Below, one piece after another: positions 51,821-63,236 of a DNA stretch of 64,000 bases (the first letter of the stretch is position 1; each line of letters opens with the position of its first letter). Source of the DNA: Trichosphaerium sp. ATCC 40318 (lineage: Eukaryota > Protista > Tubulinea); the NCBI GenBank assembly GCA_038496445.1, contig JALMLS010000488.1, forward strand, positions 266,627 through 330,626, read 5' to 3'. The translations under genes were made by a program, and so were the position numbers. The notes beneath the pieces were generated by a model. It was not told where the DNA came from. It made no database searches and saw only the letters and a program-made list of their open reading frames with translations.

Positions 51821-53352
51821 TTACCCTTTCGCGTTCACAAATGTTTCTACAACTTTACCACCTTCCATGTTACAATGAACGCTCAATTTACCCTGTGAGT
51901 CCCACTGCTTTACTTGGCCTTCTATACAGCCTTTCTTATAACAGCATTCAACACTGGGTTGACCATTTTCGTGCCATTCTTTGTAGTCACCTTCTTCAAC
52001 GCCATTGACACAGTAACAACTCACAAGCAATTGTCCGTTACTATACCACTCCTTGAACTCGCCTTCTACAACTCCTTTTTCATAATGGCGTAACCTGAGC
52101 TTTGTGCCATTGTCATGCCATTCAGTACACAGCCCTTGTTTCTTACCTTCAGCCATAGTAAATTGTTGTTTTATCTGACCATTTTCAAACCATACTTTAC
52201 TCTCGCCTTCAGCAACACCTCCTCTTAAGTGACTCCTCGCTAATAGTTTACCACTAGGATACCATTGAGAGTATACACCATCCTCAACGCCGTTTTTGTA
52301 AGTACACTCAACATCTTGGGTGCCATCAGGAAGAAAGCGTCTGTACAAGCCTTCCTTAACACCTTTTACCATTTCGTATTGGTGTTTTACTCCATCTTGC
52401 CATGTGTTATAAACACCATCCTCTAGTCCGTCCTTGTATTCACATTCAAGCTGTAGAGTACCTCGTTCATCCCATTGTTGTAGAGTACCTTCTTTCTTAC
52501 CATTCTTAAAGAAACAATGAATGTGAAGCTGCCCATTGTTATGCCATTCTTTACATTCACCTTCTTCCTTACTTTCTATTAAAGTACCTTGCCTTTGCTT
52601 TACGCCATTGTTGTGCCACAAGATATAATTATCGCCATTACTAGTATGTTCAATCTCAATCTTTATACGGCCATCACTAAACCACTCTTTTTCTACACCT
52701 ACAATGTTGCCTTCTTGATAGTGTCGCTGAATAGCTAAACGTTCGTTTTCATGCCATTCCAAGTACTCACCTTCTGTAACACCTTTCCTCATTTCACACT
52801 TTGTCTTTAATACCCCATTCTCGAACCACTCCTCAACACAACCTTCCTTCTCGCCATTCTTCATGTCACACTTCAATCGGATATTGCCATTACTATGCCA
52901 TACGACATATTCTCCATTCAAGATACCTTCTTTGAAAAAACACTGAACTTTTAATCTATCTTCATTCTCAAACCACTCTTTGTATCTACCATCAAGCTTA
53001 TTGTCTTTATAATAACTATGATATAATAGGCTACCATTATCACGCCATGTCATATGTCTACCTTCAAGTTTATCGTCTCTGTATTCACAAACATAACGAA
53101 GTTTACCATTCTCATGCCATTCCTTATATTCACCTTGTTTCATTTCACCTTCAAGAACATACTGAAATTTAATCTGACCACTTTCATATCTAGCCTAGTT
53201 TTTTTTGAAGACCAGTCAGTACTTGATTGAGTGACAGATGAAACAACAAATTCGCAAAGTGTCAAAATCCTATTTTGCTTATCTAGATAACAACACGTTT
53301 TTCGGTGATAACAGCGCTATCGCATTTTTAACCATGAATTACGTACCTCCAT
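51821..53352 (-). CDS. MORN-variant (YwqK-like) repeat protein
   Basis: Many ~24-aa repeats GxxxEWHENGQLxxxCxYKxG; a 2-codon first exon (ATG GAG|gtacgt) spliced to a long second exon. Confidence 0.9.
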
Positions 53353-54090
53353 CAGTTTTCGACGGCTTTTTATCGTATAATATCGTAATGTAGGTTTAAT
53401 AGCTGATTTTTTAGCTGTCCAACGCGTAGATGATAAGAAAGAGCGTTGTTGTGCTGCTAAAGGCGTTTGTTAATGCAAAATTTTTCGTATGTAGTAGTTC
53501 GAACTTTTATGAGCTCCTTCGCGTATTTCTAGCGTATTAAAACGACGAGGGACATATTTCGTTGTGGTATGATTCGACGACACTAATTTCACTCGCGGTG
53601 TATTTACAAACACTCCTACAATAATTAATATGTCAAAACTACGTTTGTCGTACTTCGTAACATAAGTGTAAGTAAACTATTGCGTTTCAATATCAGTCAA
53701 AGTCAGTTGTATCTCATATTTTTCTTGAGCTCTTTTTGCAAGAAGTAAAATCCCAAGTATTTCAGAACCCACTGTCTGAAGTTATACTGCTGACGTCAAC
53801 TCTTCAGGTAATACTGTTACATCAATTAATTTATTAGGAAGACAGTAGTACTCCTTAGTTTAGTAACGATGTTTATTTATCGTATGAGTACTGCGCAGCT
53901 AGGTTTCTCTGATGGCGCGTGAATATATTTGGAACGCGTAGAGAACCCTACTGGTGCCTGTGAAAACTGTTTTCATTAACCAACAAATAGTATATTCCTT
54001 GAACCAGCCAAAGCGAAAGTGCTGTTTATGAGCTTTTGCAAAGAATTTTTCAGGTGTTTACTTTTAAACGCACCACAGCGAACAAACCAC

Positions 54091-54260
54091 AGTTGCAAAA
54101 CCCACAATTTTATTTTATGTTGTTTTCTAGTCTTTTTAGCGTGTACGGATCACCGTTTTCACACCAAGAGCTGTGAAGTTACGGCCATGTGACCTCTCCC
54201 AGTTTCGCAGAGCCTTATGCTTGCTACAAAGCTCAAACTGGTAGCGAAGGTTTTGCTGAT
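54091..54260 (+). repeat. Repeat block A, copy 1
   Basis: Core GCTGTGAAGTTACGGCCATGTGACCTCTCCCAGTTT...TGCTTGCTACAAAGCT...TAGCGAAGGTTTTGC shared with 55995-56172 and 56442-56615. Confidence 0.9.
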
Positions 54261-54440
54261 TTCACATCAGAACACTTTTTTACATTAATAGTTAATGTCG
54301 CACTTGGATAAAAAATTATCAGACTTTCATAGTCAAAGTATAGTCATCAATTTCATCGTTTTGCTTTGACGATCAACAAGACTTCTCTGCATTGTTAATC
54401 AACAAGCCCTTAAACTCACATTGCGGTTAAGTAAAGCATT

Positions 54441-54756
54441 AAAAAAAGTGACTACAACTCTAGCGGGTAGTGCTGTGCTAGGATAATCACTGTATGGGAA
54501 CTGACATTGCAAGCAATATCAAATCACCATTAGTTTTCCAAATAATGGGGTTAAAGACAAAGTGACACGTGGTCACTTGCATGGGGTTTAACCCAAGCTG
54601 AACTTTTACTACACATGATCAAAGCCATTAGGCCGAGAAACACATGAGAAGGAAACGTTGACAACCTTTTATCATCGTCATTGTGTAGAATTAAAAAAAT
54701 TGTGGGATTATGATCAAAGTGCCAAAGAAATGAAAACGTAACATTCACTGAAATTT
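54441..54756 (-). repeat. Repeat block B, second copy (partial third copy at ~56185-56265)
   Basis: Reverse complement of 29451-29765; ATGATCAA(A)GCCATTAGGCCG...GTTGACAACCTTTTATCATC recurs at 56.2 kb. Confidence 0.92.
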
Positions 54757-54790
54757 ATAATTCACAATGTCAGGTTTACTAACGTTACAA

Positions 54791-55746
54791 TCAATTACTA
54801 CCGATATTGTGCTCTTGCTCATACTCTTGTTCATCTTTTATTTTGAGCTCTTGTTTATGCTCTCCCTCAAGCTTCTGTTTGCACTCTTCCTCAAGCTTTT
54901 CTTCAAGCTTTTTTTTGCGTTGTAGAGCTTTTTGAACGCGCTTGCTTTTGCAAATCTTAGCGTAGCATTCTGTAGTATTCCTCTACTTTTATCAAAAAGA
55001 CCACAAACAAATCTTTTTACAGGATCACCATCAGAGATTAAGATACAAACATTGAGCGAAATACTTATCATAATGACATTCGGCCTTGTGAATATTGTTG
55101 ATATTCGGTAAACGTGGGTCCATTCCTTTTGTTCTGTGGTCACTTCAATTCCTTCATATTCTTCTTTTACATTTAACATCTTTGTAAAAAGTCGATTGGC
55201 TGCTATCATACTACTAAAAAAATGCATCAACTTGCTTTCTTGTAAGTTTAGGACTGTCAAGATAACGCAAGAGTTTGGTAGCAAGACACCCAAGGCTGGC
55301 GTGTGTATACTCTACTGGACGCCTGTGTTTTAAGAGAGCAATACGCCATATGGTTGTATCTTGTAAGAAATTAACAAGTACTTGGTCCTCAAGGTTAAAG
55401 ACGTCAGTGGAAATTGGTGGTAACCGTTGCTTTAATACTCTGTCAAAACAATCACAACACTCGATAGAAACGAGCCTCATCGCACAGACGTGACTTTGTT
55501 TATGTAAGCTGCCTTTTAGCACTCCAAAACTATCAACGAAGTGTTCACATATCTCTAGCCACAGCTCTGATGGCAAGTCAGGAACTGCACCGCTAAGTCA
55601 ATTGTTAGTTTTCATCCTCTAACTATCGCATGCTTACACTTCTATTTCTTCTTTTTTTAGTTCCGGAAGAGTAAACTGCTCTCGTCACTTTCATCCTTGG
55701 ATAATTCCTGGTTACAACTACTTTCGTCAGTTTCTTCTTTGATCAT
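54791..55746 (-). pseudogene. Frameshifted F-box-like gene (pseudogene or assembly indels)
   Basis: F-box-like PDLPSELWLEICEHF...AMRLVSIEC; frame break at a T7 run near 55216-55222; E/K coiled-coil tail in another frame. Confidence 0.5.
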
Positions 55747-55994
55747 GTCTTTGTCTTGATCTTCTTCAGCATGATAAGTGGAGTTTTTCTCTTGAGCTAT
55801 ATTTTCCCAGTAAGTACTGAGCCTTGTTATGCTTAGCCAATTTGACCGCCTCCTAAGCTTGCTACATGGTTGTCCGGACTAGCGAAGGTTTTGTTACTTT
55901 TTACGTGATTAGAACCTGCTAGATGTCAGTGAAACGTTTCTTGTAACAAGCATTTGCTCTACCGATACATAATAGCACTATAACTAAGGTTTTG

Positions 55995-56172
55995 AAGTTT
56001 CAAAAACCACAATATTTTTTTTACAGACTTTAAGCGTTTTTTAAATGTGTACGGATCACTGTCTTCACACCGCGAAGCTGTGAAGTTACGGCCATGTGAC
56101 CTCTCCCAGTTTTACAGAACCCATATGCTTGCTACAAAGCTTTCGTCTAGTTAGCGAAGGTTTTGCCAATTT
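55995..56172 (+). repeat. Repeat block A, copy 2
   Basis: Same core sequence as 54091-54260. Confidence 0.9.
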
Positions 56173-56441
56173 AGTATTCAGTTTCGTGACACGTCGCTAC
56201 TGCATGATCAAGCCATTAGGCCGGGAAACACATGAGAAGGGAACGTTGACAACCTTTTATCATCAAGAATCAATGTCTATGATTGCCATAGTAACACAGT
56301 CATGGCATAGTAGGTTTAGTTGGTACACAGTGCTGTTTGCAAGCGCCTCTTGGTCACTTTTTAACTAACTCTTACTTTTATTGAGGCAGGTTCAAACTCA
56401 AACTGGCGTAGCTTCACGTTTATGAGTTTTGGGGTTGTCAT

Positions 56442-56615
56442 AGAAGTTGCGAAGAACCATGCAATTTTTTTCTAGAATCTGTGAGGTCTTTTTAATGTGT
56501 GCGGGTAACCGTTTTGACACCCGAGCTGTGAAGTTACGGCCATGTGACCTCTCCCAGTTTCGCAAACATTATGCTTGCTACAAAGCTCAAACTGGTAGCG
56601 AAGGTTTTGCTAATT
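56442..56615 (+). repeat. Repeat block A, copy 3
   Basis: Same core sequence as 54091-54260. Confidence 0.9.
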
Positions 56616-56827
56616 TAGTTTTAAGTTTCTTGAGAAGCGGACTTGCTACTTTTACTAGGTTAGATTGAACTGCACTGGACGGCCTTTTATGGGTTCGCAA
56701 CTGTTTATTGTGGTCTGTTATGCTGTGATAGAAGTTCTAAAGGACTGTCAAAATGACATCTGGGATACAAGGGAAGGAGGTACCCATAAACCATGTGCGA
56801 CAGTATTGCTAGAGTACATTTTTGTTC

Positions 56828-57837
56828 TTAACTTTTCTTTTCAACAGCTTTTTCTTCAGTGAGCATTTTACGAATAGTGACAAGATCTTTATTCCATTTA
56901 TTCATGGCAAACTGTAGCCCTTCATCTACCATATCATCAAGAGCCATTCTAGAATACTCAAGTACATCACTTATTTGCTTATGTTCATAACTCGACCTAA
57001 TTAGTTTTGTGAAAAAACAAACACTTGAACAGATAGCCACGCACCACTTGTCAAGTACGAATGATACCAAATCGGCAGATTGCACCGTTGACTTTAAGAG
57101 GGTTAATACGTAGATAATAAAATCAATTTTACAGTGCAAAGTAGAAGACAAAGATGAAAACTTACACGTGGTTGAATGCCTAATTTTAGACGAGGTATTA
57201 CATCAGTTTTGACATTATTAATTATATTCTCCATGCCATTATGACCTCCACCAGAACCCTTTCTTTTGAATCTAAGACTACCAAATGGTATTTCAATAGC
57301 ATCGTATATAATAACGCTATAAAAACCATCTTTTAATACCACTAATAGACTCACAACCAAAACAGAAAAATCGAAACAAAATGTAAAAACAGTTTTGAAA
57401 GTGACAGGAGCTCTATTCAAATGACAGTTTCAGCACGCACGTTTGTTCTAAAGGCGCTTTTGTGAGCTCAACCAGCCTAGCTACAGCCTCACCACTTAGG
57501 TTCATGTAAGTCATTGGTTTTGCCATTATGACAGGCGTATTGCTACGCCCAAACGTTGCAGCTACAGCTATCAGGACGAATATTACTGCGTTTGCTTACT
57601 AGTAGCATCAAATTTAAAATCATGTCTCCTAAACGTCAAATCTTGACGTTTAGCAATATAATCTAAACAATCGAAGCCTAAGTTATGCCTAGTGCCGTCA
57701 AAGCGCGATCCTGGATTCCCCAAGCCTACAATTAACCAGGGCTGTTTTTCAGCGTCCTCAGCGTTACTGGTCGCTATGCGGCAGTATTTACGTGTTTTAA
57801 CGCGGTAGGTTCTAACTGTACGATGTATTCGCAACAT
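56828..57837 (-). CDS. PTRH1: Peptidyl-tRNA hydrolase (bacterial-type Pth1), probably mitochondrial
   Basis: WLIVGLGNPG..FDGTRHNLGF, KPMTYMNLSG, GSGGGHNGM, PRLKLGI; Arg-rich N-terminal presequence. Confidence 0.93.
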
Positions 57838-57953
57838 GTTACTCTATCGCATTCGTTGCGGTATTGTGGGTGTTTAGCCAAGCATATATGCTTAAAGAGC
57901 TTCAGAAAAGACTTGACTCATCAAACCCACCCACACCACAGCAGGCACACATA

Positions 57954-58464
57954 ATGCTACGAGCGTTTAATACAAGGATTTGTAGAACTCAAATAACCTC
58001 CACAAGAGTTCCTACCCAAACTACTAGAAAATATGGTGTAAAAGAAGAAGTAGCGGCTTTCCAAGCGAATAAGGACTGGTACTGGAGCAATAGAGATAAT
58101 TTGCTAGCAAAATACAAAGGACAAACAGTAGCAATCTACGGAAGGAAGCTATTTGCCACGGGAGAGCGCTACTGGGATGTAGTAGATAAACTCATACAGC
58201 ATGGTACCAACGCTACAAACGCTCTCTCTAACGCGTATAGATCAATACAATCCACTGATCTCCAGACACCAGCCATTAGAGTGGAAAACAGGTACAAAGT
58301 AATCAAAATCAATGTCACAGCCTTAACAACCTGAAGGATATAAATCAAAGGCGTTTGTGACGGTATGCGGTGATGAAGATTCGTTAATGAACGGAAAAAA
58401 AGCTGCTGAACACTTGAAAACGATTACTTACTCCAACAAGCAAGAATTCTCCACTAGAGTGTAA
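57954..58464 (+). CDS. Small protein with presequence-like N-terminus and DUF5678-like domain
   Basis: MLRAFNTRICRTQITSTRV...; WYWSNRDNLLAKYKGQTVAIYGRKLFATGERYWDVVDKL...KAFVTVCGDED after two GT-AG introns. Confidence 0.6.
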
Positions 58465-58809
58465 AGGAATCAAAAAAATGGCGTCAAACAAACGTACAAC
58501 AAAAAAAAATCAAAAACCGCAACTTGTCAGTTTCACGGCACCCCTTTTCAAAAGGATCACCAAAAAATGTCATTATAGGAATGACACAAACGTAGCCATG
58601 TATATAAACACTTTTTTTTTTTGCACAACACTTCGTACAACAATAAAACTTTCTTCTTTTTTTCTTTTTTTTTGTGGGTTTTCGTTTCGTTGATGTTTTT
58701 GGCACTGTGGTCTTTTGTTATTTGGGTTTTTTTTTCTGAGGGGGTTGTGTTTTATTTTTAATTCGCTTAAATACTACGGCTTTTGGGATATCAGGAAGTG
58801 TATCCCCAT

Positions 58810-61759
58810 CTAATCTACTTTTTGTTCTTCTTTCCTTTTTTCCCTTCTTTCACTTTTTTCTCCTTCTTTCCTTTCTTTCCTTTTCGCATGGTGCCAGGTG
58901 CTTCTGAAGGTAATGTCGAAGGAGGTGCTGTGATAGTATGTAATTAAAAAATAAATAATATAAAACGCGCACACATTGAATAGGTAGTTATGTTGTGCGG
59001 TTTTAACAAAAACGAAAAAAAATCGCGTTCAAGAAAAAGTTGCCATTAAAAAAACCAGCTCGACGTACCTGCTGGTACATGAGTTTGTGGTGTTTGTGGT
59101 GCTGAAGGTCTAACAGGTTGCCATCCTCCTCCTGTTGATTCGGTCTCTGAAGACGTCGGATACGCCATCACAGCGGCAGGTGAAGGGGACACAGGCAAAG
59201 CTGGTCGCGCCGCAGGTGGCTTTATTTAAATGTTAGATAATGCTTGTAGTGGTGCCATGTTCTGTTATTTTTACGTACTGGTGGTTGATGTGATGGTGCT
59301 GGTGGCGCGTGTCCCGGTGGTGATGGTTGACCAGTCATGTTTACAGCTGAGCGACGTGTTTTTATCGATTTACCGGATGGCTCAGAACCCAATGACGAAC
59401 CTGAACTGCGTCCATTTTTGCCGTCTTCCTGTAGTGCCTTGAGTAAATCTGCAGCGATAGCCAGTGGCATACTAATAACGAGTAAGTATACTATCGCATT
59501 ATACACAAAGATAAGCGACGTACGTTCCAATTGGAGTGAGGTCAATATTGTAGAAATTTTGTGTGAAAAATTTCGTGGCGTTATGCTTCAATCTCTTCCT
59601 AAGGATTGGGTTGTCTTCCATAACTGGATTGTATGCTACTTCGAGGATACTTAATACTGTTGATGTTTGAATGTTATCAACTACAACATTTTCGCAAACT
59701 TGCCTGCGTAACCTAGTAAGAAAACCTTGGTAGTGTATTTTTAAACGCACTTGAGTTCAGGCATGTTGAACCCTTTGCAAAATTTGATAAGTTGTGTTGA
59801 TGCAGCAGGTTTAACGTTAGTATCTCTGTAGTAAATCCATTTTAACAAACATTCAAAAGCGTCAGAAGTGAAACCAGGTACCTAAAAACACATCAATTCA
59901 ATTCAAAAGGAAGAAGAAAAGAGTATCACAACGTACAGGTAGAATGTACTCCAAACCTCCTTTCTTAGCGTCTCCTTGAGGATCTTGGAGGAGTATTGAA
60001 GCTACTTGAGGAGAAGCAGATGCAAAGATACATTTGTGGCATAGAATAAGCTTTCCTACTACAATTTAGCAAATTGTTCGTTCTTGAATTCTAAAAAAGG
60101 ATAAACTCCCGAGCCACGTGCCTTCAATACGAAATTGAATATCAGCTGAATTCTTACGCTCTAAATCATACAAATGTCTAAAATGCTTCGAAGACTGCAC
60201 AATAAACATCAGTAAAAAAGGATAAAAACAAACACAAAATGAAACAAGATTATTATCAGTTTTAGGAAATTTGTTACTCCGCTCACATTTTCACTTTCAG
60301 TGACTTCAAGTACATCGGCGAGTTTTTGTGGTTGTTTTTGTTGGAGTACTACAACCTACAATGAAAAAAAGCAGTGTTAATTACGATTCAATACTCAATA
60401 GGTTTTTCCTGTACCTCCTGAAATAGGCCGATACCCAAAATGTTTACTCCTTCAGTGTTACCCAAAATAACCGGGTTTTTGTATGCGTAATCCATTAAAA
60501 CTTCTTTTGCAGATGCGACCTTATTATGACGATAATTAGCGATTATATACTGCAAAATAACAAACCAAAAACCAAAAACCAAAAATACAGTAAAGATCAG
60601 ATACCTTTAGGTCATTAGCTTCTCTTAGCAATCCAAAAATATTATCATGGTTCAGTCTGGCTATAATCTTTTTTTAATACCAAAAACACAAATGGGTAAA
60701 AAAATAAAAAACCCCGTGGGTCACGTGATAAATAAAATGCCACGTGATTTTTTGATTAGAAATAAACTGCATAATCGTCCTTTTGATTTTTTTTTGTTAA
60801 TTACCTTGTAAGTACTTCCTTAAAACTTGCTCAAAGTGTTTTAAACCGTATACAACAGCAACAGCGATCATCCTTATCGCTAAGCTAGGCGCTTTTGTAG
60901 TGTTAGCAGTACATAGGATCGTACAAATTCAAAAAATAAGATAAAAAAGAGGGAATAAAAATAAGGTAACCGTACTAAGTGTTTCGAAATTAACTTCTCC
61001 GCTGTAACAATATTCTAAGCTCCGCAGTAGCGTCTATATCTTATTGTTAAAATAAGCCAAAAAGAGGCCCAAGGGATACAAGTTGATCCAAAGGGTTTTT
61101 TTTTTTGATTTTTTTGTGGTTACCTCTTCGTTTATTGGAAGGCTCGGATCAAGCTCCAAATGCGTTACATTCTTTTTATCACGTTTTTTTTTGACGCCTT
61201 CAAGGGGTTAAAAGTGGCGACATTTATAACGTTAATTTATAACGCATGTTACCTTGAGACATGCAATTAGGCGCTCTAACACACATTATAGCCTTATGAG
61301 CTGCTATTTCCTTTCTATCCGCAAGGATGAAGAATAAATCAGCATACGTCCTATCATTTACAAGTACTCTATGATCAACTAGCGGGTTTTTAGCGCAGAA
61401 ATTGAAAAGGGTAGTGAGGCTATATTTGTAGAGCAGCTTGCTTTGTTTTAGCTTTGATATAAGGTAAACGCACTCTTGAGGCTAGCCGTGCGGGATGGAG
61501 GGACGAGATCATCCCCTTGCTGCTTGCCTTCTTCCCTTTTGTTTCTTGGACATCTACGGAGTGTAGGTTACTTTTAAAAGTGGTTGCGGGTAAGAACTAC
61601 AAGCGTTCACATTGTGCGTCAGCAAAAGCGCATTAATTTCCGCCTGTGTGAAGTATGCCACTACCAGGATACTAAACCAACTCTCAACGCCAATAACACT
61701 ACTGACACTCCTGAAAAACGCATTTGTGATGTGTACTCTCCAGGCTTATGTACTACCAT
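58810..61759 (-). CDS. Tandem BTB/POZ-domain protein with Pro-rich and Lys-rich C-terminus; start uncertain
   Basis: LVNDRTYADLFFILADRKEIAAHKAIMCVRA and RKNSADIQFRIE..LCHKCIFASAS...FECLLKWIYY. Confidence 0.8.
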
Positions 61760-62009
61760 AATAATACGTAATAGTAATGGTCTCACGTAACGGATGGTTT
61801 TTAAAGCCTTGCTATAACTGTTGTGATTCCAACAATGGACGGAAGTCACAAGCGAAGTTACTATTTGTGGCGGTTCTATATGGGTTATTGCGTTCGTTTA
61901 CAAAGTAGTAGAAATGAGAATAACCGGAACAAAACGCCTCTGCAGCCAAGTCTTTTACAGTCAAAAGCAAAAAAAATCAACGCTTTTTCACTTTAACGGC
62001 TGTACTGCG

Positions 62010-63236
62010 ATGAGTATTTCTGCTTTGACAGGCAAAAAGGGTGAAAAGTATGGATTAATACTTGCGCCTAGCAGACAAAAAAAGCGTAAAAAGTTAGTGG
62101 TAAAGAATGCGTTTGGAGCGTCGTCGTCTGATGATGAAGGCGAAATGAGCGAAATGGAAATACGCAAACAAGTTGAAAGAAGCGCAACAAGAGGCAGGAA
62201 TATGAAAAAGGTACCTAAAATGACGGCGGATGCAGCCATCAAAAGTTTAAAAACTGTACAATTTAAATATTAACACAATATAGACTAAAAAGGTTCTCGC
62301 TGACGCTCAAGCGCAAGACCCTACTATATTTGAGTACGACGAGATCCATGACGAGCTTAGAAAAGGTAACCGTAAAAGACGCAAACATCAGATTAAAAGC
62401 GATAAACGTACGTTCTTAACGCTAAAACAGTCAAATGTAACAAAATAACTCATTTTACTTACATCAAACTCTAGCAAAGTATATACCAGCGCTTATGAAG
62501 AAAGCACAAGAGCGAGAACGCGACAGAGACTTGATTTTTGAAAATAAACTTATTCGTGAAATGGAGGAGGATAAAAAGCTTTGGGGAGAGACAGAGAGGT
62601 TTATTACGCCTAGGTACGAACTAATAAATCGTTTTAAAATTATGGAGGGTCACACTGACACTTTTTAAGTTATAAGAAGCAACTGGAAGAAAATAAAAAA
62701 TGGAAGAATGAGCTTGAGGAGAAATACAAAGCTACTGATGTAACAAAGACTGGTATGGTAGGATTTTATTCTAGTATGATAGATGGTACAAATTCAGCAC
62801 TTGGTGGAGGTTATGATAGTGACAGCGATAGCGAAAAAGTAAGCTTTAAACCTCTTCATGTTTTTTTTTTTTTTTTTTTTTTTACTGTCTTTCTCTCTGT
62901 TTCCCCCTTTTGTACCAGCTCAATCATTTAGGAGATGGATAGGATTATAAAACAAGCTGAACAGGAAGAACAAGCTAGAGTCAAGAAACTCAATGAAGAG
63001 AAATCGGCTGAAACCCAAAAAGCTCTTGAAGAAGAGAAAAGAGAAAAGATGAGGAAGAAAACAAACTCATGGATGAATTATTGCCTGCACTTGAGCCTTA
63101 TAAAAAACGCGTTGAAAGGCCGAAAGAAACGCCAGAACAACGTAAGGTTAAGTTTCAAAGGCGTAACTCAGATAAGTCTATCATGGAGGCTAGAGCACGT
63201 TACTTACAGAGGCAGCAAGAGAAACAAGATGAGTAG
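62010..63236 (+). CDS. NSRP1: Nuclear speckle splicing regulatory protein 1 (CCDC55/DUF2040)
   Basis: KYGLIL, AQAQDPTIFEYDEIHD, KYIPALMKKAQERE, ERFITPSYKKQLEE, EARARYLQR; one apparent 1-nt indel near 63040-63050. Confidence 0.9.

Noticed and set aside
54180-54260. HDV-like ribozyme (GCGAA followed by a P2-like strand)
   Set aside because: No room or complementarity for P1/P3/L3 in the required nested order.
61395-61530. Possible fourth GC-AG intron (AG|GCAAGC) at the BTB gene start
   Set aside because: A GT-AG model gives a better BTB lead-in (SLKIDHRVLVND..YAD), so GC is not required.
63030-63060. Frame change in NSRP1, possible programmed frameshift
   Set aside because: Falls in short A-runs of a conserved gene; a 1-nt assembly indel is far more likely.
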